Source: Glaucostegus cemiculus
Taxonomy: Eukaryota
Length of the DNA stretch: 64,000 bases
Assembly (NCBI GenBank): GCA_976551045.1
Contig: CDPCPM010000091.1
Span: 1,860,001-1,924,000, forward strand
Direction: 5' to 3'
Shown: in pieces, positions 48,201 to 61,264 of the stretch
Layout: every line of letters begins with the position of its first letter
Numbering within the stretch: position 1 is the stretch's first letter
Program-made: the position numbers and the translations under genes
The notes under the pieces: generated by a model
Seen by the model: only the letters and a program-made list of their open reading frames with translations
Told to the model about the DNA's origin: nothing
Database searches by the model: none

Positions 48201-49244
48201 GCAGCCATTTTGGTAAATGATGTTTTGCATAGGTTAGAGCGTGATAGAACATAATTGACCAAGCAACAGTATGATGACTCCAAAAGAAAATAGACAACTC
48301 TCATTTCATTTTGTGAATGTGTTGACAGATTGTGGACAGTGTCGGCATAATGAGGTAAGACACTGTAGAAGGATTCTTTCTGACCGCATGTGTTTGTTTG
48401 TGTGCGTATGTATAAAGCGCCACTATAGCAAATTCTGTACGGTTTATGTTTGCCGATTTTAGTCCTTGTAAAGCTTTCTCAGTTTTATTAACAGAACCAA
48501 GCTCTTTGCCTGAAGATGTTGAATTTTCCCTCCCTTTTAAACTCTGCTCCCCTGTATGGAGTATTGTATTGACCACAATTATTATCAACCAAGTGAGTCA
48601 ATCAGCAATATCCAAATTGAATTACCATTGCCTAAGCACTTCTAAGAGGGCTATAGTACAAGATCATCCTTGCACAATACAACCAAAGGAGACACTGTTT
48701 ACTTCTCCAATGCCTTATGTTTGATCAATAGAATACATGTGCCATGGGCAGCACATTACAAAGAATGTGCTAAGTCAGGGACTTTTGGATGACTTCTAAG
48801 TAATACTTTAATCCATGAATGTTAGTGTCTGTTTCCTTCAACAAGTAACATGGTCTGATGCTGTGTCTCATGAGATGGGTGACAGATCCCTAACTGTAGA
48901 TGAGAGAGTATCTACTACCATTCTAATAAGTCATAGAAAGAACATATAGAATATTTATGAAATGGGTTTTGATGGTAAGTCACATTGCAAGGCAACTAAA
49001 AGGTTTCTTTCCTTGCATTCTGCACAGCATTCTGTGGGACCTAGATCTCCCTCCTTGGGGTAAATCAATGAAAGACAAATCTTGGAATAGGAAAAACCAT
49101 CATGTGGCTACAAGAAAAAATGTAGCACTCAATAAAGGGTGAAAATTTATTCTGCCCCATTTTCTGGTCCTTAACAACCAGGAACTTGTAGAGAGTACAT
49201 CCCAACTGGAAGACATAAGATTCCCCAGAACCTGTTTAAGTCAG

Positions 49245-49360
49245 ATGCTTGAAATCTAAAATATAAACAGAAAATGCTGGAAACACTCAGCAGGTTTCTT
49301 CTCTTTCCTCAGATGCCGCCTGACCTGCTGAGTATTTCCAGCATTTTCTGTTTTTATTAC
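49245..49360. mobile_element. Fold-back pair of PLE 3' ends with a near-perfect 31-bp stem
   Basis: 49265-49295 versus the reverse complement of 49323-49353: 30 of 31 positions match, with a 27-nt loop. Confidence 0.85.
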
Positions 49361-52009
49361 TGTTTTCGTAGCATTTTCCTCGGGTAAATTGGAGCAAGCA
49401 TGCTTTGCCTGTTGTGAGCCACAGCCAAGCCCCAGGGGAAGATGGAGACGTAGACTCGCTGGAGGAACAGCCAAAGGGGGCTGATTATGAGAACTATATG
49501 TTTGGAAAGGGACTCCTGCTCCTTCTAGCTCTGCAGGAATGCTCATAAAATGGTACTTTTCATTTAACCTCGCTGTTGGTGACAGTCACTGTTTAAGCCA
49601 CAGTGGCCAACACAGACTCCTGTCACAAGAAGTTCCCAGGTTGAGGGCTTCCTCATCTCTCTGTGGCCATTGTAACCAAGAAACTTTCCAATTTACTATC
49701 ATCAAAACAATTGTGCCAGTTCCTGCTGCAAGATTCACCAGCACTCCTGCTACTTCTTATTCTGAATCAACTGCTGTATGCCCTTGGCCTTCAGTCTGTG
49801 CCTATGTGCTTCACGTAACTGCATCAGGCATGTGTACTTCAAAGTGTGAAAGCAGAAAGAAACCCAGTTGTTTCCTGCTGACAACTCAGACCACGCTAAG
49901 TCAGTCTTTCCCCAAAGGACGGAAAGCAAGGATATGCAAGCAGTTCTTATCGACAGAAACTTCTCTCCAATTGATCCCAACGTCCACCTATTTAACAGCG
50001 AGACATCACAACCCTGCTGCCTCTTCCAGACTACCTGTTGATCATGTCACAGGAGATCAGCTAGCTACAATGCAATATGGACTATATTTAAACCTTACAG
50101 GGCTTGGGGGGGCGGGGGAGGTGGTTTGAACAACTTATTTTGGCACTATTTTCATCGAGTTGAGGAACGTGATGTCAGAAATTTCCTGAATGGAAAGCAA
50201 GTATGTGCATTACGTGCCACATATGCACTGACGTATGTAAAGGTAGTATCAGGCCAGAATGAAGCTGTATTAGTCCCTGGTGTGTAATAGACAAATCCTG
50301 CTTGAATCCATGTAAAGGCACTTTGACACATGGACAAATGCTGTTGTTAGATTGCCTCTCCATATACATTTCACATGGTCTTTTCCCAAGGGTGTTCGCA
50401 CGTGCTCAGGGTCATTATTAAAGGCTGGTTTTGGGTTTGAATGCCCCATGAGTTAAGGATGTAATCTGCCGTTCTGGACATGCCGCAGCACCCAAGTACA
50501 TCACCATTGCCAGGACTGTTTCTTTGATGAGATGCAGAAGCAGGAATGGGAAAGAAGGCAACAGAGGAGAATGAAACTTTAACCAGAAAATGCCTGAACA
50601 TGTTCACACATTTTAATAAATGCTTAAATTTCACTAATGCACTTGGCTAACTTTCTATTAAAACCATATGGCAGAAGCATTTGTTTAAAATAAAGCTTAC
50701 TTTGGGATTTAAATTAAAAACTACACAGATAAGTGCCTTTGCCTTCAGTCTGCACAGTTTGCATCTTCTCTGTTCTCGAAATGGTGTATGCAGTTATTGA
50801 CTCTCAGCCATCGGAGGTCAGATGCAGCCCTTTAACTTTGCAAAGACTCCCCTGTTTGGAGAGGGAAACCCAGGTAGGGAGATTTTCAGATCAAAGTGTT
50901 TCATTTTGGTGCTTAAAACAACATGCGAGATTGCTTGTCCCACAGTGTGTGTGTGAAACCCAAGAGATATTAGGACAGTCAATCAGCCACGTGGCTTTTC
51001 TGATTCGTGTCTGCCTGATGAATTACAAACATATGAGCAATTTAAAATTTGCCATCCATGGCAGAATTAAGTGAATTCGTTTGCCTTGTGGGATTTCAGA
51101 ACTACCCCATATTTATATTTCCTCCAGGTCTCCTTCACTTATTCTACTTAGGCTGTTTAGTGCTGTGAGCAATAGTCTAAAGGTTAATGGCTACATTCAT
51201 TTAGCTTTAGGCCCTTGTTTATGATGAGGAAAGTGTGTATGACATTGAAGCAAACTACATCTTGCTGACTGCATTCAGTATGTTGCACAAGCTCAATTCT
51301 GATTTGCTATTTTGTACTGTTACTGATAGCCCACCGGGTCAAATTGACCTGCTGTCCACAAGGATGTTGAATACTCCCCTCATTCAGTGTCATTTTTAAG
51401 TGTGGGATTAACTGCTGCAGAATTTGAGCTTCGATACTTTTCTTTTAACTTGCATGCACAGCATGAGGTCTTGCATTTTATTCTGTACAGAATAACTGAA
51501 CTACAAAACCTAAAAAGTGAAGATATGTTGATCACTGATTTTTTTCTGGTATTTTAATGCAGAAGAAACACCTGAGTTTATATAACATCTTATTGCACCA
51601 AATTCACTTCAATAATTCACACAATCAATTATTCCAGAAGTTCAGTGATTACTAAATTTAACAACTGGAAATTCGCATTGTGAATTTTCTCTCCTACAGT
51701 CTAGAGATCCTGGAACTTGTGATTGCCGCCTACCCCTTGAGTTAATTTCAACTGACATTAATATCCATGTACATTCCCACGCAGAGTAATTCAGAACAAA
51801 TGTTTGATATGATTCCATTCACGTTGGGTTATTCAACTATGGAAAGAAGAGCGGTCTTATGATATTATTTAGGGTGGAAATTCATTACCTGTGTTATGCG
51901 CCAAACCGCAAAGTCCTAATGCTTGCACTTCTATGACTTGAAGTTCAGTTGCATTGAGAAGCAGAGCTGCATGTGCATAGATTACTACACCACATGTTTA
52001 CCATGTGAG

Positions 52010-52135
52010 GACATAAGAAAGTAGAAGCAGGAATAGCCACTTGGTCCCCCAAGCCTTCCCTGCCAGTGAACGTGATTGTTGCTGATCTGTCTCATGCTTT
52101 ATCTCCTCTTCTGTGTCAGTTCTCCATAAACCTCA
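52010..52135 (-). mobile_element. CR1 3' UTR fragment
   Basis: ACATAAGAAAGTAGAAGCAGGAATAGCCACTTGGTCCCCCAAGCCTTCCCTGCCA..GCTGATCTG. Confidence 0.7.
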
Positions 52136-53664
52136 ATGTTAAATAGGGAGATTTTTACTCCATTATATTTCTCTTGGTGGTAATTCTACTGAAAATTTCT
52201 GTATTTTATCCCCCAACTCCCTACATGCATACAGACACATGGTCACATTTAATTTGCTTACACTTGCCTTTAAATTGTTATTAACTGATGGAAACAAATT
52301 ACAGAAATCTCTAATCACCAGAAGCACAACACAGGTAAAGAACATTGTACATTGATTTGCCCTAACACAGGAAACAGAGAAACTTGAACCCTTTATGTAG
52401 CAGTCAAAAAATATCAAAGTGTCCTCATGTTCATCAAAACAGTGGTCTTTTATCATTCAGTAAATATAAGTTCCTGGAAAAATGGTGCTTATTATATTGG
52501 TTCACATCGGTCATCTATACCCTACATTTTTGAATGCCTGTAATCTTTTCTGTCCTCTTTTCTGAGTGAGTGCTAATATTTCTAAGTGAAACTGCAGTTA
52601 ATGTTTAACAGTTGCCTTCTAAATTGTTGTATAATTGTATTTAATCTTACTGAACAAGGACACTTTCACTTCAAAATCTGTAAGATTATAAAGTGGTCAG
52701 TATATTAGAAACAATGCAGTAACACTACAAAGCAGACTGGGTCATCTGTTTTCTGCAGAATTCTTCCATTGCCAAAACAATGATCAACACTTCTGCCAGT
52801 GATCCTGTCTCAGTACAAAACTGTTTACAAGCAGGGAAGAATACTTGACTGAATTTTGAATGTTATAAAATATTGGGCCTTCCAAGTAGATTTGGAATGT
52901 ACTAAGTAGCATTTCACTTGTCCCTCATTCTAAATGTTTTTGTCATTATTTGAACACTGGCCAAAGCCAAACAAGGGGAACCATTTTGTTTGGTATTCTC
53001 ACATGAAACATGGTAAAAGGTCATGCCCAGAAAGATTGGCCCAGATTTTGCAAGAAAATAGCCATGTGGTTTCACATGGAAATGAGGCCATTTTGTTGTG
53101 TGAATCCCATCAATTTTGGGATTATTTCATATGCCCTCATGAATGGAAAAAATCCCAATCCTGCTAACAGATGTTCAGCAGCTTTTTTCCAAACTGCACT
53201 CTGATGTTAGACACTTCCTTTCCAGTGGTAATGTTCAAAATTTTGCTGGTTCTTATGCAATTACGCCAGGTAATTCATGTGAACAGCTTGCACTGCTTTA
53301 GATTTATGTGAAGATAGTATTTCTATTTGTTTCTGTAGAGAGGCCTGGCTGTGAGGAGCCAAGGTAAGTTTTACCTTTTAGGAATATTTTAGTTTAATTT
53401 AGATATACTAATTGATTTTAGATGCATTTAACAGAATTTATTTTTCTTTTAAAATTGTATATCTATATATTTTACTAACTTGAATATCTTTATATATTTT
53501 GTTATGTTTCAAATATTTCTGAATATCAGAAACATTATTGTTTTGACAGCATTGACAGCTGACTGAGCAGCAGTGGGGCTTTGCTGACCGTCAAAGTTTT
53601 TACAACATTTTGGTGGGTGGGATTTATTCTATGCCACTCACCCCAATGGGAAGGGGATTCTTTG

Positions 53665-53765
53665 CAACACAGATCTGAGCCATTAACTGTATTTCTCTAC
53701 TCACAGATGTTGCCCAATCCAGCATTTCCTGCATTAGGCATTCCAATATCTGCAGTATTTTTATT
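53665..53765 (+). mobile_element. Degenerate PLE 3' end
   Basis: GATCTGAGCCATTAACTGTATTTCTCTACTCACAGATGTTGCC..CCAGCATTT..TTCCAATATCTGCAGTATTTT. Confidence 0.55.
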
Positions 53766-54029
53766 CTATATAAATATGAAGGACTGATCACATGGACCTA
53801 GATCCCTACCCAGAATCACCGTCTATAGTCAGCCCATGCCTGCATGTACCTGGGCCAGGTGCTAACCTCGTACAGGATGCAGGGGATTCTGCAGTAGCAG
53901 AGGAAGCTGACAGATTCGGCAACAGGACTCAGATGTCTGCATTCAGGTCCAGGCAGAAGGTGAATCCAGGACCCACTTCAACCTCAGTGGCCAATGAAGT
54001 GAGGCAATATGACACATTTGCAGGGATTC

Positions 54030-56200
54030 ATGTTTAGGAAGGATGGAAGATGGGAGGTGGGAGTTCTGCCAGCAGACCATTAGAATAGTGAAGTCCAAAG
54101 ACAGATATAGTTTTCAGTAGCAGAGAGGCTGAGGTAGGAATAAAGTTGGACTCTGCTCCACAAATGGAAGTTGATTGTATGTATGAAGGGAAGAATATGG
54201 GTTTGGAGTACAGCTAAGGTTCAATTAGCCTAGCCAAGCAGAAATTGTGGGACAGTGACAAGGGAAGGGGGTAGAACTGATGCCAAGGGAATGGAGATTA
54301 TGGCAACTGCCTGGAAATTTCATCATGTAACTCATGTTTTATTTGTGTTCTACATAATTCACTGTAGAATAATGATGAACGCAAGGCTGGATCAGCATTT
54401 CTACAGAACAAAATGTGGAGCTGAATCACTGGCTCCCTATAAATGATGCACCAATATATTGAGGCCACTAGACACATGACAATGATGTCATTTGGCATGC
54501 AACACATGTTTGGTGATGCTGCTGTGAAGTCAGAGCACTCAAACCTGATTCAGAAATCACACAGGCCGATCGTAAGCTTAACTAAGAACATGGTAGCCTC
54601 CTGCAGAGTAAGCCTGTGCACTCCTGAGCCTCTATTAGATAGTCCACCACTGAAACCCACCCATGGAATCTTCTGAATGAATTAGTTCTCTACACAGGCT
54701 ATATAAGGTTGTCTTCCTTCTTGGACAGGGAGGCCCCAGCCATTTCGATGCTTTCCTTGGCTGTCCATCTCCACACCATTCATGCCTGATTGCCTGTCAG
54801 AAGTATGGTGTACCTGCTTACATCTCTAACTCATCAATAATGGTTCGGGCAATTACTTGAAGTGACAGCTCCCACTGAGAACCACCAATTGAGGAGTTCC
54901 CATCATGAAGAGACATCAAGTGAGTGACTTTTGAAATTGTACAGTTATTTCAATTTCACTAGTGACTGTGACTGCACTGAATATAAGGGAATTGTGACAC
55001 TTAGGTACACAAGTCCTTGCACATTGTGTGTGCGGGAAAACCCCTAGGCTATAACTCTATGGACCTACCAGACAACTTCATCTTAATGCACATTTCCACA
55101 AAGCTTACAATATCCAGCCCAATGCCTTCAATGTTCCCATTGTTTTACCTGGTGCATTCTGCATCTCTTCCAACACCAGATATCAGACAAACAGGCTGAC
55201 AATACGTTCGATACAGGGACTGACAGAGATGCTGATGGTTTGGAGCAAGAGTCAAAGGTATGTGGGAAGCGATGTCAGAGAGTCATACAGCACAGAAACA
55301 GGCCCTTTGGCACCCTAGTCCATGCCAACCAAGATGCCCATCTAAGCCCATCCGATTTGCCCACGTTTGGCCCATATTCCTATCCATATTTCTGTCCAAG
55401 TGCCTTTTAAAAGTTGTTAATGTACCTGTCTCAACCACTTCCTCTGGCAGCTCATTCCATATAGGATCACGCTCCAGGTGAAGAAGTTGTCCTTCAGATT
55501 CCTAGTAATTCTCTTTCCTCTTACCTTAAACCTCTGCCCTCTAGTTCTTGATTCCCTAACCCTGGGAAAAAGACTGTGTACATTCACCCTATCTATGCCC
55601 CTCATGATTTTATATATGTTATTGAAGGGCAAGGGTAACTAGCAAGTGACAAAGAGGAGGGAGCCAAGGATAAATCCCTGGATATTTGAAGTGGAATGAA
55701 GATAAAGTCTTCCAAGAATTCTTCAAGTCTTGACAGAGTGGAACTAGATACATTGAGCAGGACATGGGGGGGGAGGAGGTTATTGCTGAAGGAGATAGTG
55801 TGATTAACATATCAAAGACACATGAGAAGTATAGGAAGCTATCATGCAGCGTGTCACTTGTAACTTTGGTTAAGGTTATCTCAGTGTTCTAACACTAATG
55901 GGAACCAAATTCAAAAGGTTTAGATAAAATGGCACAAGGTTAAGAGGACTTTGGAAAGGAAAGGAAACATGCCAATAGGTTGTCAGTTTGCAAGAATAGA
56001 GATATCAAACATGGTCTTTAGGAGAAGGCAGTGGTGTTGGCAGATTGGAAAGGAAAGGAGACAAAATGGAAGGAGGAGGAAACCTTTAGTCAGCCCAAAT
56101 AAGGCCTTGGTTAGTGATGTTGGGTGGTCAGGTTAGAAAGGACAAGAGGCAGGCGCCATGGTGAAGGTAAGCTTAGACAAAGCTGATAGGGTAGAGTAGG
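54030..56200 (-). mobile_element. Fragmented old L2 LINE (pieces ~54030-54320, 55175-55275, 55616-56200)
   Basis: Minus-strand remnants LSLSATEN..GLHYSNGLLAELPPP and IQGFILGSLLF (PQGSILGPLLF motif). Purine-rich + strand typical of antisense L2. Confidence 0.55.
55277..55615 (-). mobile_element. CR1 3' fragment nested in L2
   Basis: ORF 55417-55632: IYKIMRGIDRVNVHSLFPRVRESRTRGQRFKVRG. Tail CAGAGAGTCATACAGCACAGAAACAGGCCCTTTGGC. Confidence 0.9.
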
Positions 56201-56284
56201 GATTCTTAAACATCAGTTTAAGGTTTATTTTGCTGGTTCAGTGCATGGGGAGGACAAAGTGACACCCATGTGTTCCTCTTATGC

Positions 56285-56415
56285 AATCCTGATGCAGGGT
56301 CTCGACCCAAAACTGTGACTATCCCTCTGCCTCCACGGTTGCTACCTAATCCACTGAGTTCATCCAGCAGTTTGTATTTTGCTCCAGATCCCAGCATCTG
56401 CAGTCTCTTTGGTCT
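56285..56415 (+). mobile_element. PLE 3' end with hammerhead-like motif
   Basis: TCCTGATGCAGGGTCTCGACCCAAAACTGTGACT..GCTACCTAATCCACTGAGTTCATCCAGCAGTTTG..TTGCTCCAGATCCCAGCATCTGCAGTCTCT. Confidence 0.8.
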
Positions 56416-57028
56416 CCCTCTTATTTGTTGTTGGAGATGAGATCCCCACTTACTTCATCACAAGGGAAAATAACAAAGTCAAATATCTACTTCCATTGTA
56501 TCTCTGGCCATCAATTTTAAAACAAAAGACAAAAGTAAAATGAGAGGATTATTAAGTGTACAAGCGGCTCTCTTGATTATATTTAGTATTGTCAGTTCAG
56601 TAAAATATCCTTCATCCCCCTTTATAGTAAATCCCAACGGTAACAGCAAGCTTTCTAAATCCTGACTTCAAACGGCTCATTGTAACATAGAACTGAAAAG
56701 TTCAACATCCTAAATCCACTCTGTTATTGTTAGATGTTCTTGACTTCCTCTTTTGTTAAATTATGTCATAAATTAAACAGACAATGTAAGTATGGCTGTA
56801 ATTCAACCCAAAGTATCTGTAGAGAGATAGTCCACTTAAAAATAAGGGACCAGGAGAAAACCAACATTAAAAATGAACAGTTCTACTGGAGCTTTAAAAT
56901 CCATCAGGATCGAAGTGTCATTTTATTTGTTACAATTATGTAATGAAGTTTAATTTAGTGCCTTCCTGGATGAGTAGCATAATACAACAGCATGCAGCTT
57001 TGAATTCCTTGAAAGCTTCAGACAATAA

Positions 57029-57065
57029 TCTCTCTCTCTCTCTCCCCCTCTCTCCCCCTCTCTCT
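57029..57065. repeat. Interrupted (CT)n microsatellite
   Basis: TCTCTCTCTCTCTCTCCCCCTCTCTCCCCCTCTCTCT. Confidence 0.9.
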
Positions 57066-57399
57066 GTCTGTACCTTAGCTGATCACTCCTGCTTTGAATG
57101 AAATTAGGAACTTTGATCAAAATTATACCAATTAGTTTTTTATGCTTAAATTTCATCTCAGCATAAAACTTCCAGGACCCAATATGGTTTAAGGACATAC
57201 ATTTTTCATTCTGTAATTGAAGGAATTCCTTGATACATTAAAGAGTGATTATTAGGTGCAGTTTGATCAATACAATTAAAGATGGCATTATCACAAAAAA
57301 TACGCATTTTCAATTGAAAGGTCTAGTCCTGTGGCAGTGAATAACCTGATTTAAAATAACTCAGCAACCATCTATATAGATTGATCGGCAAGTTTCAGA

Positions 57400-57520
57400 A
57401 ACAAAAGCAAAATACTGTGTTTGTTGGAAATATGCAATAAAAAGTAATTTTGGAACTACTCAGCAAGTCAGGCAGCATCTGTGGAGAGAGAAGCATACTT
57501 AATGTTCTTTCATCAGAACT
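57400..57520 (-). mobile_element. PLE 3' end
   Basis: AAGCAAAATACTG..TGGAACTACTCAGCAAGTCAGGCAGCATCTGTGGAGAGAGAAGCA..TTAATGTT-CTTTCATCAGAACT. Confidence 0.75.
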
Positions 57521-57629
57521 TGTTCTATTGGTTTACTAAAATAAAAATGAAAAAGTTTTAAAACGTCGATGTGTTTCAGCAAAACAGGCTAACTTTAAGA
57601 GATATCCCAAAAGCTTGGAAACAAACAAA

Positions 57630-57811
57630 TTATTTATTTTTCTTTTGTTCTAATTGTGTTCTTTCTTGTATAATTTATGTTTTTTCTTGTGAATGCTGTG
57701 TCTTTAATGCTGTGTGCTGTGATGCTGCAAGTAAGTTTTTCCATTGCACCTGTGCATACATGTACTTGTGCATATGACAATAAACTCAACTTCTGACTTG
57801 ACTTGACTTGA
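57630..57811 (+). mobile_element. Rex1/Babar-like 3' UTR with (CTTGA)n tail
   Basis: GCTGTGATGCTGCAAGTAAGTTTTTCCATTGCACCTGTGCATACATGTACTTGTGCATATGACAATAAACTCAACTTCTGACTTGACTTGACTTGA. Confidence 0.65.
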
Positions 57812-58234
57812 TGTGCCATGTCAATAATTTTGCTCCCATGGCAGAGCACAGCCAGTTTTTGGGCAAGGACATCCTCTATCACAACTTGCCTGAACTTGTG
57901 TCTGAAATTCTCCCATCTTTTGTGCTTATTTAGCCTCTTTCTAATCAACAAAGTTTGAAAAAGCAGCACCACTCCGCAGTAGTTCTTGACGCTTAACTCC
58001 AGGTTTTGGTCTAAAAGTTATATGATTTTGATCAGAATAAATTGGCTTCATCTGTTCCCACAAACCTCTCCCCCAGCCAATCCTTTCATAAAATATTCAC
58101 AGTGAAGCTGACACTGTTCTGCAATAAAATAACACAAAATACCGCTAATGATATTTCAGTGCTTGTGTTTAATTCACTGCCACTTTGCTTTTAAGCAATG
58201 TCCATCTTGAGGAATTTCTGCTCTTCTTTCTGCC

Positions 58235-58350
58235 AGGTATCTCCAACATTTTCCAGTTCTGGTGTAAGGTCATTGACCTGATACAACAACTCAGGGTCTC
58301 AATCCATAGATGCTGGCTGACCTGCTGAGTACTTGCAGTACTTTCTGATG
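58235..58350 (+). mobile_element. Degenerate PLE 3' end
   Basis: TTCCAGTTCTGGTGTAAGGTCATTGACCTGATAC..CCATAGATGCTGGCTGACCTGCTGAGTACTTGCAG. Confidence 0.7.
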
Positions 58351-59504
58351 TTATATCACTGTCAGCACTAATACACAATTCACAGAAAAAAAAGTTCAAG
58401 AATCACTTTAAATCTTTGCAACTTTATATTTTGACTTGACATCCTGCAGCTTTTAGCTTTCAGTTTGCTTCAGCCACTAGTATTTTAAATGCATCTTATT
58501 CTTTGCAACGAATTAAACAAGTTGAAAGAATTTTTGAAGCAAATGCAGTACTCTGCTCTGATTCGGTTTCTTTTTGTAGCAGTTTAGAAATGCAAAGAGT
58601 GTCTTGATCAATGCATAAGTAAAAAGGCCCGCCTTCATTTTCACTGAAGCTGAAGAATAACTCACCCTTATTTCATGGGATGGTGGATTTTTAACATTTC
58701 CAGTCTTTCATATTGACCGATCACTGTTTTTATCTCAGTTCCTTTAGTTATGATGAGGCAATAGAGTAAGAGTGGAATGCAGAATTTGTCTTTGCTTTGA
58801 TGCTGGGAGCACTGTAATTCTTTTGGGGGCAGCTCTACTGAGCTGTGAATTTCTTTTACCAAATGCAACAGCCGTTGTTCAGCTGCAACCTCCAAGTGGG
58901 TTAAATTCAGATTTAGAGGCTAAGAAAAACCAGCGTTTTACATTCAAGTGCCTCTGAATATTTATATTGCTAACTTGTTAATGCATCCAAGTTTAAACTC
59001 TAGACCATTATCCTCTCCCAACTGAAACAAAGCAGATAAGGCAGCAAAAAGAGTTAAAATGATGTGAAGTTGTGAGAGTATCTGTACAGACAAGGAGCAG
59101 AGCTCCAGCGCTGATTGCCTAGAGTGGGATGTGTTGCTTGTATTCGATTCCTGGCAGAGTGATATTGATCTGTGGAAGAAGATACATGTATAATTTCTGA
59201 AGCCTAGCGTCAATAAGCTTCCATATCTCTTGCAGTCCAGTGGACTGTTTTGTCTTGGGTTTTAGGCTATTTCCAAACACTTGCTTAACATAATTGAGCT
59301 ACTAAGATTGTCCATTGGATAACTTGCATTATTATAATACTGTCCAATTAGATGTGTTTAAATTTTCTTGGTTCAACATAGATGAATCAATTCATAGACT
59401 TGTTTCATTTAAGTGACTAAAATAAATGTATTTTTACCTAGTCTCAGGATGTTTCTTTGAATATTCCTCCCAACTTCAAAACATTGAGTTGTTTATGAGA
59501 TGCA

Positions 59505-59685
59505 AGAAAGAAGTGTCATGAATCTTTGGAATTGCCTTCCTAGTGGGTTGTAGGTGGTCAAGGCTGATTTCATAGACTTTTGTCTTTGGGTATCTAGTGG
59601 GATAGTGGAGTTGGTGTGAAGACTCACCAAGATCATTTTGGCTCCCAGTAATCCATGGCCTCCTCCTGATCCTATTTCTTCCAAA
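59505..59685 (+). mobile_element. Old CR1 3' fragment
   Basis: GTCATGAATCTTTGGAATTGCCTTCC..AAGGCTG..ATAGACTTTTG..ATGGCCTCCTCCTGATCCTATTTCTT. Confidence 0.65.
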
Positions 59686-61264
59686 AAGGCATGGACCAGA
59701 TTTGAAGTGATTTCAAATAGCTTGGCTTATTTAAGTAACCAAGTACAATGGCTTTTAACTGAGTTAATTGTAAAAATGAAAAGAAGACACCAGAGAAAAT
59801 AAGGAAAAATATATTCAATCTTTTTGCTGCTATTTGGAATTATATTTTTAGCAGTTTGCTTTTGTAGATTAGAGCTAATGTTGTGGTAAAACTACTCCTG
59901 ACATTTTAGTGGATTTATTGCTATAATACTGGTGTTTGTTTCATGGAATTTGAGCTGAAATTTTAAAACAATGGACCGCCAGGGAGGGTGGAATTTCCAT
60001 GGACTGCCAAAAGTCTCAGGAGGTTGTTATATTACACGGGTTAGCCCTTTGCTAACATTCAAATATTGCAAATTATGTTGATAGTTGCACAGATTGCATT
60101 TTCTTCTGCAACAAACAGCCATTATACAATAACGTGTTGGAAACCAAGTGCTGTTAGTCAAGAGGAACAGGACCAGTGTCAGGAAGTTTGACTGTGTTTG
60201 ATGAAAGCATAAACTCTGCTTGTGCCATATAACAGAGTAGAAACTGGTCAGACCCAAATTCAGTCTCAGACAAAGTGTTGTCCAAACATTTGAATGGAGA
60301 AGCCTAACATAGTTTAAAAACTGGGCCTCAGGCCTCGTCCACGTGTTGAGGATGAAGTGGCAATTGGAATGGCTCTTAGTCCTCTCCGTAAGAAAAATCA
60401 AATCAATTCTGGCCCATTTGTAGTGGCTTTGTGGGGACAGGGGCAAAGGTGGAGGGAGGAGAGAATGGATCAGGCAACAGGATATTCTATTGCTGGAAAT
60501 GTGGCTCTAGTGGTCCCACCATCCTTGCAGATCCCTTCCCCACTTCATTCCAGTGAAAGGTCTCTTCAAAATTTAAAAGTGATCTATAGTTAACAGCCAC
60601 ATGGTTCACTTAAGTATCTTGAGTGGGAAAAGTCCAGCAACCCTCTCACTCATCAGAACCATGTCCTGTGCAAGGGTCCTTCTCCAAAGAATGAGCTCAT
60701 TGTAAATGCATTTACAGGGCCTTATATCTGCCTCAGGCACCCTCCCTCCCTGTCCCCTGCCCCCTGTTAGGGTACAATGCTTCATATCTATTTGGGCAAA
60801 GCACAGAACAATTAGTCCCACTATTCCGTCCACATAAAGTCAAAACAACTGTGACTCAATTAAATCTACTAGAATTAGTCAAATTCAGACTTAAAAATTG
60901 GTTTCCAGGAGCTGGGAAGAGAGTAAGTTTTCCTTTGCTTGTTATGTGCCAGCAAGTCCACAGACAAGGGAGGTAGATTCTTGGTCTTAAACAGCTACAT
61001 GGCAAATTTGTTGAAAACTAGAGGTAATTTGAAAGGCATTAAACTAAAGCAAACTAATACAGTGCGTATGTGAAGGATGTCTTTAGGAACCAGCTTGCAT
61101 CCATGGAGTGCCATTGACACATTATTGTACCCAGATGCTGCAGTTTGATTTAGAATTTTTGCCTTCAATAAAGGTTGATCTGTTTACAGCTCTACATCTA
61201 TCTCTTTGTTTATTTTTGTAGCAACACAAAGAAACCCACAGAAACTACAAGTACTCACAGACAC

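Noticed and set aside
49539-50129. 196-aa ORF
   Set aside because: No recognisable domain, composition like non-coding DNA, and no convincing splice or start context.
54500-54900. Possible Harbinger transposase remnant between L2 pieces
   Set aside because: The resemblance is too degraded to support without an alignment.
60027-60446. 139-aa minus-strand ORF
   Set aside because: No recognisable motif, and a length compatible with chance in 64 kb.
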